The notes beneath the pieces were generated by a model. That model saw nothing but the letters and a program-made list of their open reading frames with translations. It made no database searches and was not told where the DNA came from. Of a DNA stretch of 48,451 bases, positions 9,706 to 16,943 are shown piece after piece; position 1 is the stretch's first letter; the number at the start of each line of letters is the position of its first letter. The position numbers and the translations under genes were made by a program. The stretch covers positions 1 to 48,451 of the forward strand of contig DASTLJ010000153.1 of assembly GCA_035715125.1 (NCBI GenBank), written 5' to 3'. Origin of the DNA: Verrucomicrobiia bacterium. Its GTDB lineage: Bacteria > Verrucomicrobiota > Verrucomicrobiia > Limisphaerales > JADJPG01.

Positions 9706-10389
9706 TCACCACTTCAGTTCGTTGAGCTTGCTCACGTCCATCGAGGCGAACGTTTCGCGGATGCGAAACACGAGAATGCCGAGCACCATCACCGCAATGA
9801 CCACATCGAAGAAGATGCCGATTTCAACCACCAGCGGCATGCCATAGGAGGTCAGGACGATGGCCGCGAGCATGACGCCGTTTTCCATCGTGAGCAGCGC
9901 GAGCACCTGAGTGATGGCTTTGCGGCGGTTGATCATCAGAAAAAAGCCGGTCAGCAGCAGCGCGATGGCCACGGCGAGTGTGTTGCTGCCGAGCCGCTCC
10001 AGGGAAACGATTGGGCGAGCCACGACGTAGGCGAGCACGGTCAACGCGCCGCAGATGAGCATGGACGCAGGCGCGTTGGCAAAGGGTTGAATCTCCTGCT
10101 CGATTCTGATTTGGCGCACCAGGCGCTCCAGCCGCCACGGGAGGAAGATCACTTTGCCAGCCAGCGTGAGCACCACCACGACGTAAACGTGCCAGGCGTG
10201 GTAGGCGTAGCCGACGACACCGGCAATGGCGGCGAGCAGGAGGGATTGCATTGCGAAAATGCGGATGCTCGTGACGAGCATCGGCTGCACGGCCAGCAGG
10301 ACTTGCAGCACCAGCATCAGCGCGGCCAGCAGTGTGATGAATTGAGAGCCGGTTTCGGAGGGGGGTGGGGGCATGGTTAGAATTCGCAA
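9706..10389 (-). CDS. HyfE-like small membrane subunit (NuoK-like)
   Basis: 227-aa hydrophobic ORF of HyfE-like length, containing LALLTMENGVMLAAIVL, and sitting in the Hyf gene-order position. ATG 10374 is an alternative start. Confidence 0.75.
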   Translation of the reverse strand: MRILTMPPPPSETGSQFITLLAALMLVLQVLLAVQPMLVTSIRIFAMQSLLLAAIAGVVGYAYHAWHVYVVVVLTLAGKVIFLPWRLERLVRQIRIEQEIQPFANAPASMLICGALTVLAYVVARPIVSLERLGSNTLAVAIALLLTGFFLMINRRKAITQVLALLTMENGVMLAAIVLTSYGMPLVVEIGIFFDVVIAVMVLGILVFRIRETFASMDVSKLNELKW

Positions 10390-10466
10390 TTTGTCAGGCT
10401 GAACAATGTGGATACGGCGGCTTCGCCCGGCTTGTTTTTCGCGCGCGAGAGCTTAATGTCATCCCC

Positions 10467-10697
10467 ATGAGTTCTGCCTTGCAGGCCCAACTTCTGGAAA
10501 AGTGCGGCAAGGTGCCCGCCGAGAGAGTACGCGAAGTGCTCGACTTCGCGGAATTCCTGGCGAGCAAGTCGTCGGCGCATTCGAAAGGCAAGCGCCACCG
10601 GCCCAACCGCTCCCTGCGCGCGTACGTCGGAGGCGTGCGCCACGGCGCGCTGGCGCGGGAAATTGACCATGAGCTCTACAACGGCGCTGTTCGTTGA
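10467..10697 (+). CDS. Putative DUF2281-like type II antitoxin (orphan), antisense within the hyf-like operon gap
   Basis: Internal ATG of ORF 10365..10697. The product is MSSALQAQLLEKCGKVPAERVREVLDFAEFLASKSS... The 'P-E...VLDF.EFL' signature is typical of DUF2281 antitoxins paired with PIN toxins. Confidence 0.45.
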   Translation: MSSALQAQLLEKCGKVPAERVREVLDFAEFLASKSSAHSKGKRHRPNRSLRAYVGGVRHGALAREIDHELYNGAVR

Positions 10698-10761
10698 CAC
10701 CTGGGGCTGGGTCGTCATCGGAACAGGAAGGTTGAGACTAGCGCCAGCGTTGCCAGGATGA
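10669..10761 (+). pseudogene. Possible truncated PIN-domain toxin remnant (30 codons)
   Basis: ATG 10669 overlaps the antitoxin 3' end, as in TA operons. It encodes MSSTTALFVDTWGWVVIGTGRLRLAPALPG*. LFVDTxxW resembles a PIN N-terminal strand with its catalytic Asp. The frame stops at 10759-10761, inside the convergent hyfC-like 3' end. Confidence 0.25.
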
Positions 10762-11659
10762 ACGCGGCGCTCAGCAGGTCGGGCACGCGAAACAGCCGGA
10801 GCTTCGCGTTGGTGAACTCGACCAGCACGACCGCGCCGGCCAGCACGAGTAACTTCGCGACAAAGAAGAGCAGGCCCAGTCCAAAAGCCGCCACAGTCGG
10901 CTCCGCTGCCAAACCGACCGGGAAAAAGATGTTCGCCAGCAGCGCCATGAGGACGAGTTGCTTGATGGACGCGCCCCACTCGATGAGCGCCAGGTAGCGG
11001 CCCGAATACTCCAGCAGCATTGCCTCGTGAATCATCGTCAACTCCAGGTGCGTGGCCGGGTTGTCCACCGGGATGCGTCCGGTCTCGGCCAGCAGCACAA
11101 TGAACATCGCCGCGAAGGCCAGCGCGTGGGCGGGATCGAGGAAGGTCCAGCCGGGCCCCTGGCTGGCGAGAACGATTTGGCTGAGGTTCGTCGACCCCGC
11201 CGTGATGGCGACCGTGAAAATCGCGAGCATCATCGCCGGTTCGGCGACGGCGGCCAGAGTCATTTCGCGGCTGCTGCCCATGCCGCCGAACGGGCTGGCG
11301 GGGTCCAGTCCCCCCAAGGCCAGGAAAAATCGGCCCAGTGCCATCAAGCCGACCACGGCCAGCACGCCCCCGAACAGGCTCATCGGCGCGAGCGCGGTGA
11401 CCATCGGCACCATCAGCCCGGCCGAAAGCGCCGTGACAAACAACACATGGGGCGTCAGCGAAAAAATCCACGAGGCGTGCTCCGAGATGACCATGTCCTT
11501 GCGCAGAAATTTCGCCATGTCAAAATAAGGCTGCCAGAGGGGCGGACCGCGGCGGTTCTGGAGTTTAGCTTTCCAGTTCCTGATGAGCCCGCTGAGCAGC
11601 GGCGCCAGCAGGAGCAGGAGCGCGGCTTGAAGGAAGATGGCCAGCGGACTGAGGTTCAT
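10715..11659 (-). CDS. HyfC/HycD-like membrane subunit (NuoH family)
   Basis: ORF 10715..11992 trimmed to ATG 11659, starting MNLSPLAIFLQAALLLLLAPLLSG. Motifs: RNWKAKLQNRRGPPLWQPYFDMAKFLRK, LLAETGRIPVDNPATHLELTMIHEAMLLEYSG. Confidence 0.85.
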   Translation of the reverse strand: MNLSPLAIFLQAALLLLLAPLLSGLIRNWKAKLQNRRGPPLWQPYFDMAKFLRKDMVISEHASWIFSLTPHVLFVTALSAGLMVPMVTALAPMSLFGGVLAVVGLMALGRFFLALGGLDPASPFGGMGSSREMTLAAVAEPAMMLAIFTVAITAGSTNLSQIVLASQGPGWTFLDPAHALAFAAMFIVLLAETGRIPVDNPATHLELTMIHEAMLLEYSGRYLALIEWGASIKQLVLMALLANIFFPVGLAAEPTVAAFGLGLLFFVAKLLVLAGAVVLVEFTNAKLRLFRVPDLLSAAFILATLALVSTFLFR

Positions 11660-11676
11660 GGCAGGAACTTCGGCGG

Positions 11677-11757
11677 ATTGGAGTGATGGAGTGATGGAGT
11701 GCTGGGGGCGACCGCGCGTCGGAGTTTCCCAGCACTCCAGCACCCCATTACCCCATT
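11677..11757. repeat. Heptamer-built hairpin (GGAGTGA-type) inside the operon
   Basis: GGAGTGATGGAGTGATGGAGTGCTGGG - 21 nt - CCCAGCACTCCAGCACCCCATTACCCCATT. The core stem GGAGTGCTGGG/CCCAGCACTCC is perfect. It lies between the hyfB-like stop (11775) and the hyfC-like start (11659). Confidence 0.8.
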
Positions 11758-11774
11758 CTTCCCGGTAAGCGTGG

Positions 11775-13823
11775 TCATAGCGCGAAAAGCAGCAGCAACA
11801 GCAGCGTGATGAAGATGTAGAGCAGGTAGGCGTGGATGCTGCCCGCCTGGAGGGCGCGGATGTGGCGCGAGCCCCGCAGAATCCAAATCCGCAGCGGCCG
11901 GTAAATGCGCCGCTCGAACACCTCTTCGACGCGGCTCTCGAATCGGAGGGAGGTCGCGAAGTAAGGCGAGAAGTCGTATTCGCGTTGCACATCGCGGTGG
12001 GGGCGGAACAGGGCCTTGAAGATCATGCGAATGGGTTTCGAGAAACCGGTCGCCGTGTATTCCATTTGGGGTGTCAGGCCGCGCTGGCCGCAGTCCCACG
12101 TCGGGCCGCGCCGCGTCCTGGCGTTACGCGCAAAGACCAGCCAGAGCGCGAAGGGAATCAGGAGAAAACTCAGGCCCATGAACAGGATGCCCAGCGTCGA
12201 AAGCGTCCCGGCGTTCGCGCCTGGCGCAGCCAGGACGAAGCCGCCCGCAACGATGAGTTGCTCGCTGAGTTGTCGACCCGTGAGCTGTTGCGTCAGCGGG
12301 TCCATCAGCCTGACGAACGTGGTCGGAAACAATCCAAGCGCGACGCACGCGGCCGTAAGGACCGCCATGCCGAAGAGCATCGCAGGCGACGCTTCATGCG
12401 CTTGCCCGGCGCGTTCGCTGCGGGGCTGGGCCAGGAAAGTGATGCCGAAGGCCTTGACGAAGCACGCCGCGGCCAGCGCGCCGGTCAACGCCAACATCGC
12501 GCCGCTGAGCGGGAAAATGAGGCGCACAAGACTTTCCGTCGTGCCGAACCCTTGGAGCAACGCTTGATAGGTGAGCCACTCGCTGACAAACCCGTTGAGT
12601 GGCGGCAGCGCGGAAATGGCCACCGCGCCCACGAGGAAGTAAAAAGCCGTCTGCGGCATTCGTTTGACCAGGCCGCCCAGGGCCTCCATGTTGCGCGTGC
12701 CGGTGGCGTGCAGCACCGCGCCCGCGCCGAGGAACAGCAACCCTTTGAACACCGCATGGTTTACGGTGTGATAGAGGCCGGCAATCAGCGCCAGCGACGC
12801 CAGCAGGGGGTGGCCCGAGTGGAGGAACATCAATGCCGCGCCCAGGCCGATGAGGATGATGCCGATGTTCTCGATGCTGTGATAAGCCAGCAGGCGCTTG
12901 AGGTCATGCTCCATCAGCGCGTAGAGCACGCCGAGCACGGCCGAGACTGTCCCAAGGACCAGCACGGTCACGCCCCACCAAAGTGGCGGCGGGCCCAGGA
13001 ATTCGAAGCAGACGCGGGTCAGCCCGTAGATGCCGCTCTTGATGAGCACGCCGGACATGAGCGCCGAGACGTTGCTGGGCGCGACCGGATGCGCGGCCGG
13101 AAGCCAGATGTGCAACGGCACGATGCCGGCCTTGATGCCGAAACCGAGCAGGAACAGGACGAACGCCGCGTTGCGTTTGCCGGGCGACATCTTCGCGCCG
13201 AGATCGTGCAGGCTGTCGAAACCGTAGTCGCCCGAAGCCTGGAAAAGCAGAAGGAAGCCAAGGATGACGCACCCGGCGTCGATGTGCGACATGATGAAGT
13301 AGAGGACACCCGCGTCACGTGTCTCCGGCTTCTCGTGCTCGAAACTCACCAGACAATACGCCGTCAGCGCTATGATTTCCCACGCGATGAGGAACAGCCA
13401 GATGTTGTCCGCCACGAAGACGAGCGTCGTGGCGAGCAGCAACGCGTTGAAGAAGGCCCCGAGCAAGCCGACGTTTTTGCGGCCAAAGAACCCCTTCGCG
13501 TAGCCGAGCGAGTAGGCCGACAGCGCGAAGCCCAGCAGGGAGACGATGAGCAGAAAGAACGCGCCCAGCGCGTCGAGCCGCACGCTGAATTTGATGTAGG
13601 GAATGAGGGCCGGCAGCAGCTCGAATTGCGGAGCCGTAGCGCCCGTTCCTCGGGCGAGATGAAGAATGGCTGCAACCAGGCCGCACAACGCGGCGAGCGA
13701 GCCCGCGCCGAACGAGCAGACGTTAGCCACCTTCTCGCGGCGCACAAACACCAGGCCGGCCACAGAGCCGAGGAGATAGCCGCAGAGCGACGAGATGAGC
13801 AAGGTGGCGGGTTGGAGGTTCAT
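11775..13823 (-). CDS. HyfB-like antiporter-type subunit (NuoL/MrpA family)
   Basis: 682-aa ORF. Motifs: GIKAGIVPLHIWLPAAHPVAPSNVSALMSGVLIK, LLAYHSIENIG, NHAVFKGLLFLGAGAV. Its length is close to that of E. coli HyfB. Confidence 0.9.
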   Translation of the reverse strand: MNLQPATLLISSLCGYLLGSVAGLVFVRREKVANVCSFGAGSLAALCGLVAAILHLARGTGATAPQFELLPALIPYIKFSVRLDALGAFFLLIVSLLGFALSAYSLGYAKGFFGRKNVGLLGAFFNALLLATTLVFVADNIWLFLIAWEIIALTAYCLVSFEHEKPETRDAGVLYFIMSHIDAGCVILGFLLLFQASGDYGFDSLHDLGAKMSPGKRNAAFVLFLLGFGIKAGIVPLHIWLPAAHPVAPSNVSALMSGVLIKSGIYGLTRVCFEFLGPPPLWWGVTVLVLGTVSAVLGVLYALMEHDLKRLLAYHSIENIGIILIGLGAALMFLHSGHPLLASLALIAGLYHTVNHAVFKGLLFLGAGAVLHATGTRNMEALGGLVKRMPQTAFYFLVGAVAISALPPLNGFVSEWLTYQALLQGFGTTESLVRLIFPLSGAMLALTGALAAACFVKAFGITFLAQPRSERAGQAHEASPAMLFGMAVLTAACVALGLFPTTFVRLMDPLTQQLTGRQLSEQLIVAGGFVLAAPGANAGTLSTLGILFMGLSFLLIPFALWLVFARNARTRRGPTWDCGQRGLTPQMEYTATGFSKPIRMIFKALFRPHRDVQREYDFSPYFATSLRFESRVEEVFERRIYRPLRIWILRGSRHIRALQAGSIHAYLLYIFITLLLLLLFAL

Positions 13824-13871
13824 GGAGCCTTCACGCGCACCCGCCTCCCAAACCGCAGGACCCCTTCCGCA

Positions 13872-13887
13872 GGCACAAAGTCGGCCA
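13872..13887 (-). promoter_or_regulatory. Weak sigma-54-like -24/-12 element upstream of the hyfB-like gene
   Basis: The minus strand reads TGGCCGACTTTGTGCC. The GG-to-GC spacing is correct, but the -12 element is GTGC rather than TTGC. It lies about 50 nt upstream of ATG 13823. Confidence 0.25.
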
Positions 13888-14090
13888 GAAAGGCGCGTGG
13901 TTCGGGCGCCTCCTCGCTGTCAGAGAGCCCGCTCGACTTCCCTGTCTCCATCACGGTCACGGTTTTCAGAAGAGGTTATCGGTTTTGCCGGAAGTCTGCA
14001 ATCGGGCGTTGTCGCCGCTGCTGTGGTTCGACGGGGAATTGAGGACTTTTCATTTCGAAAGCATGTCGGTGGCTTCGGCTGCTGGTTTGT

Positions 14091-14588
14091 TCAGTTCACG
14101 ACTGGCTTGGATGGCTCGCCTATCGCGCTGCCCCGCAAGGTAATTTGCTGAAGCAATTCAAAAACCTGGAATGTGTCTTGCGCGGTATGGAGTTCCTCCA
14201 CGAGCCGCCTCTCTTTGGCCAGGCGCGCCAGGCCGGAGATGAGTTGCAGGTATTGAGTTGAATCGGTCGCTGGCACGGCAATGAGAAAAACCAGGCGCAC
14301 GGATCGGGCAGCCTTGGCACCCCAGCCCAACGGTTCGGCGCTGCGGCCGAGAGCGAATGCAAGCCCGTTAAGCCCGGGCGCGCGTGCGTGAGGGAAGGCC
14401 ATCCCCGCCTCCATTTCCGTGCTCAGGAGGTATTCACGGTTCAGCGCCGCGTGGTAGAAAGGCAGCAAGTCCGGGATGCGCCCTTTGCGCTGGAGCGCCT
14501 GGCCCAGTTCCTGGATCACGCTGGCGACATCCTTGCCACGCAGGCTCGGAATGATGAGGCCCGGACTGGTGAAATCGGCCAGCGTCAT
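14091..14588 (-). CDS. PTS EIIA type-2 domain protein (PtsN/EIIA-Ntr-like)
   Basis: 165 aa. Contains LIIPSLRGKDVASVIQELGQAL, GMAFPHARAPGL (the phosphorylatable His context) and VRLVFLIAVP. Confidence 0.8.
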   Translation of the reverse strand: MTLADFTSPGLIIPSLRGKDVASVIQELGQALQRKGRIPDLLPFYHAALNREYLLSTEMEAGMAFPHARAPGLNGLAFALGRSAEPLGWGAKAARSVRLVFLIAVPATDSTQYLQLISGLARLAKERRLVEELHTAQDTFQVFELLQQITLRGSAIGEPSKPVVN

Positions 14589-14612
14589 CGCGTGGGGTCA
14601 GGCGCCAAAGGG

Positions 14613-14969
14613 CTAAACACCTCGCGAGGACGCCCGCTTGCGGGGCCGCTTGGCCTTCGGTTCGACCGGTGCCGGCGCCGACGATCCTCCCTTGGTCAGC
14701 CCGAGGGGTTCGTCCTCCGGCAGGTAAAGAATGCGCGTGCAGTTGTCGCAGTAGTGAATTTCGGTCGTGTAAGCCAGGGCGGCCAGCGTGCCCGACGGGA
14801 GGCGCAAATGACAATCACAGCAAACGCCGTTGCGTACGATGGCCACTGCTCGTTTCCCTCGGCCAACCCAGCGGTCAAATCTCTCCAGGACAGTGGCCGG
14901 GATTTGCGCGCGAAGCTTTTCGAATTGCTCTTCCTGCTCGGGGGTGAGGCGCCGGTTTTCAAGTTTCAT
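14613..14969 (-). CDS. Zinc-ribbon protein (zf-RING_7 / COG1579 C-terminal type)
   Basis: Contains VRNGVCCDCHLRLP...IHYCDNCTRILY, i.e. two CxxC pairs. The start is set at ATG 14969 (MKLENRRL) because the sigma-54 promoter sits only 13 nt from the longer ATG at 15008. Confidence 0.6.
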   Translation of the reverse strand: MKLENRRLTPEQEEQFEKLRAQIPATVLERFDRWVGRGKRAVAIVRNGVCCDCHLRLPSGTLAALAYTTEIHYCDNCTRILYLPEDEPLGLTKGGSSAPAPVEPKAKRPRKRASSRGV

Positions 14970-15019
14970 GGTTTGCGCCTTGAGCAGAGTTTCAACGATA
15001 CGTATCACGCCAGGGTTAA

Positions 15020-15036
15020 CGCAAAGGCCGTGCCGA
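15020..15036 (-). promoter_or_regulatory. Sigma-54 (-24/-12) type promoter
   Basis: The minus strand reads TCGGCACGGCCTTTGCG, i.e. cGGCAC-N5-TTGC with canonical spacing. It lies about 50 nt upstream of ATG 14969 and directly downstream of a sigma-54 enhancer-binding-protein gene. Confidence 0.5.
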
Positions 15037-15276
15037 GGAGCCGACCATTGCGGTAAGTTGCTGTCCTGCCGAGCGTTAGCTTCCGGGTCTCAAGTGTCTC
15101 AGGGCTCAGGCCATTTCGGAAGTGGGGCTTCTGTGCATTCTTTGCACGACGGCCCAACGGCTTGTGCAAGCCAGATGGGCAGCGCCGGGGACTGTTGTCT
15201 GCCGGACAAACCAATTTTACTTGGTGGTTCAGGGATTTCCGGCGTACCGCCACGACGCGAAGATCGGGGGTACGCA

Positions 15277-15470
15277 GCGCCTCGCGGAGCGAGGCGGTGA
15301 CGGTAGCCGTAGGCTTCAGCCCACGGATAGATCGCAACGACGGTAAGCGTCGCGGAGCGACGCTTGAACTTTGGTTCTGTGGCTATCAAGCGTCGCTCCG
15401 CGACGCGCCTCCCTCCCGCGCCGGTCCGTGGGCTGAAGCCCACGGCTACCCTCATGAAGTCGCTCCGCGA
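15277..15470. repeat. Cluster of nested palindromic REP-like units
   Basis: CGCCTCGCGGAGCGAGGCG (15277-15295). Arms GTAGCCGTAGGCTTCAGCCCACGG (15302-15325) and CCGTGGGCTGAAGCCCACGGCTAC (15425-15448). GCGTCGCGGAGCGACGC (15346-15362) and its complement (15389-15405). A third GTCGCTCCGCGAC lies at 15459-15470. Confidence 0.8.
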
Positions 15471-15560
15471 CCCCACTGCAGCCCCCTTCCCGGAATTCCG
15501 TGATGAACAATTCCTATAGCTGCGAGCCGTCGCAGCCGCTGCGCTCAGGCAGCGGAGGAA

Positions 15561-16943
15561 CTACTCGGTTGCAGCTTGCTCGTCTCCCAGCAGCCCGTAT
15601 CGCTTGAGCTTGTATTGGAGCGAGCGTCGGCTGATGCCCAGGAGCTTGGCGGCCTCTTCGCGATTGGACGTCACATGCGTCAGCGTCTGACGGATGAGCA
15701 ATTTCTCCACTTCAACCAGGGCCATGCCGGGGCGGATGGTGAACGTGGCAGAATGCTTATCGTGGGCCCGAAGAAAGTCCGGCAGTTGGCTGATTTCGAT
15801 CGTCGGCTTGTGGCAGGTCAGCACGAGTCGCTCCGTGACGTTGCGCAGTTGGCGCACGTTCCCCGGCCAGGGAAACCGCTGGCAAAGCTGCATGGCCTGG
15901 GTCGAAAGGGTCTTGCGCCGCCGCTTGTGCCGGGTAGTGAAATGTTCCAGGAACGACTCGATGAGCAGCGGGATGTCCTCGGCCCGTTCTCGCAAGGGCG
16001 GGATGGGGATGGGAATGATTTGAAGCCGATACCAAAGGTCTTCACGGAATTTTCCCGCCGCCACGGCTTCCTGAAGGTTTTTGTTCGTCGCCGCCACGAC
16101 GCGCACATTCACCCGCACAAGTTCCGTGCCGCCCACCATGCGGAATCCGCCGTCTTCGAGCACGCGCAGCATGTCGCCCTGCCCCTTGGCGGGCAGATCG
16201 CCAATTTCATCCAGAAAGAGTGTGCCGCGATCGGCCAGTTGGAACCGGCCCGGCTTGTTGGCAATGGCGCCCGTGAATGCGCCCTTGACGTGGCCGAACA
16301 ACTCAGTTTCCAGCAACGTCTCGGGCAACGCCGCGCAATTGACCGAGATGAACGGCTTGTCGGCACGCGCGCTCTTCAGGTGAATGTAACGGGCGATGAG
16401 TTCCTTGCCAGTGCCGCTTTCGCCTTCGATGAGCACAGTGACTTCGCTGCGGGCCACCTCGTCGGCCAGCCGGAGGACGTTTCGGATGCCCTCACTATTG
16501 CCGACGAGCGGACCGGGTTCGGAGCGCCTGCGCAGCCTCATCCGCAGTTCGTGGTTCTCCGCGACGACCGCCTGAAACTCCAGCGCCTTGAGCACCAGGG
16601 CGCGCAATCGCTGCATGTCGAGGGGCTTGGAAAGGTAATCGTACGCCCCCTCCTTCATCGCTTCGACGGCGCTTTCGACCGTGCCGAACGCCGTCATCAG
16701 AATGAACAACGTGTCGGCGCTCTTCTGCCTGGCCTCCTGGAGCAATTGCAGCCCGCTCAGCTCTGGCATCTTCACGTCGGTGAGAACCAGATTGTAAAGC
16801 CGTTCGCCAACGAGCCGCAACGCGGTCCGCGCATCATTGGCCGCGTCCACCGAATAGCCCTCGCGCTTCAGCGCCTCCTGCACGCCCGCACAAAGGCCCC
16901 GTTCGTCGTCCACCACCAGGATGTTGATTCGGGATTTATCCAT
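15561..16943 (-). CDS. Sigma-54-dependent response regulator (NtrC family)
   Basis: Receiver domain (ILVVDDE...LVLTDVKMP), AAA+ sigma-54 interaction domain (GESGTGKELIARYIH, ELFGHVKGAFTGA) and a C-terminal Fis-type HTH (EAAKLLGISRRSLQYKLKRY). Confidence 0.92.
   Translation of the reverse strand: MDKSRINILVVDDERGLCAGVQEALKREGYSVDAANDARTALRLVGERLYNLVLTDVKMPELSGLQLLQEARQKSADTLFILMTAFGTVESAVEAMKEGAYDYLSKPLDMQRLRALVLKALEFQAVVAENHELRMRLRRRSEPGPLVGNSEGIRNVLRLADEVARSEVTVLIEGESGTGKELIARYIHLKSARADKPFISVNCAALPETLLETELFGHVKGAFTGAIANKPGRFQLADRGTLFLDEIGDLPAKGQGDMLRVLEDGGFRMVGGTELVRVNVRVVAATNKNLQEAVAAGKFREDLWYRLQIIPIPIPPLRERAEDIPLLIESFLEHFTTRHKRRRKTLSTQAMQLCQRFPWPGNVRQLRNVTERLVLTCHKPTIEISQLPDFLRAHDKHSATFTIRPGMALVEVEKLLIRQTLTHVTSNREEAAKLLGISRRSLQYKLKRYGLLGDEQAATE

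Noticed and set aside
13820-13951. 43-codon minus-strand ORF (METGKSSGLSDSEEAPEPRAFLADFVPAEGVLRFGRRVRVKAP) whose TGA overlaps the hyfB-like ATG as ATGA
   Set aside because: The ATGA coupling is suggestive. However, ORFs of this length arise by chance in GC-rich DNA, no family was recognised, and it overlaps the weak sigma-54-like element, so both cannot be right. It is left unannotated pending conservation or Ribo-seq evidence.
15005-15560. Small ORFs (15005..15337, 15099..15476, 15162..15503 and others) in the 550-nt gap
   Set aside because: Their translations are dominated by the palindromic repeat units read in both directions. They have no start context and no family signal, so the region is treated as non-coding repeat and regulatory DNA.
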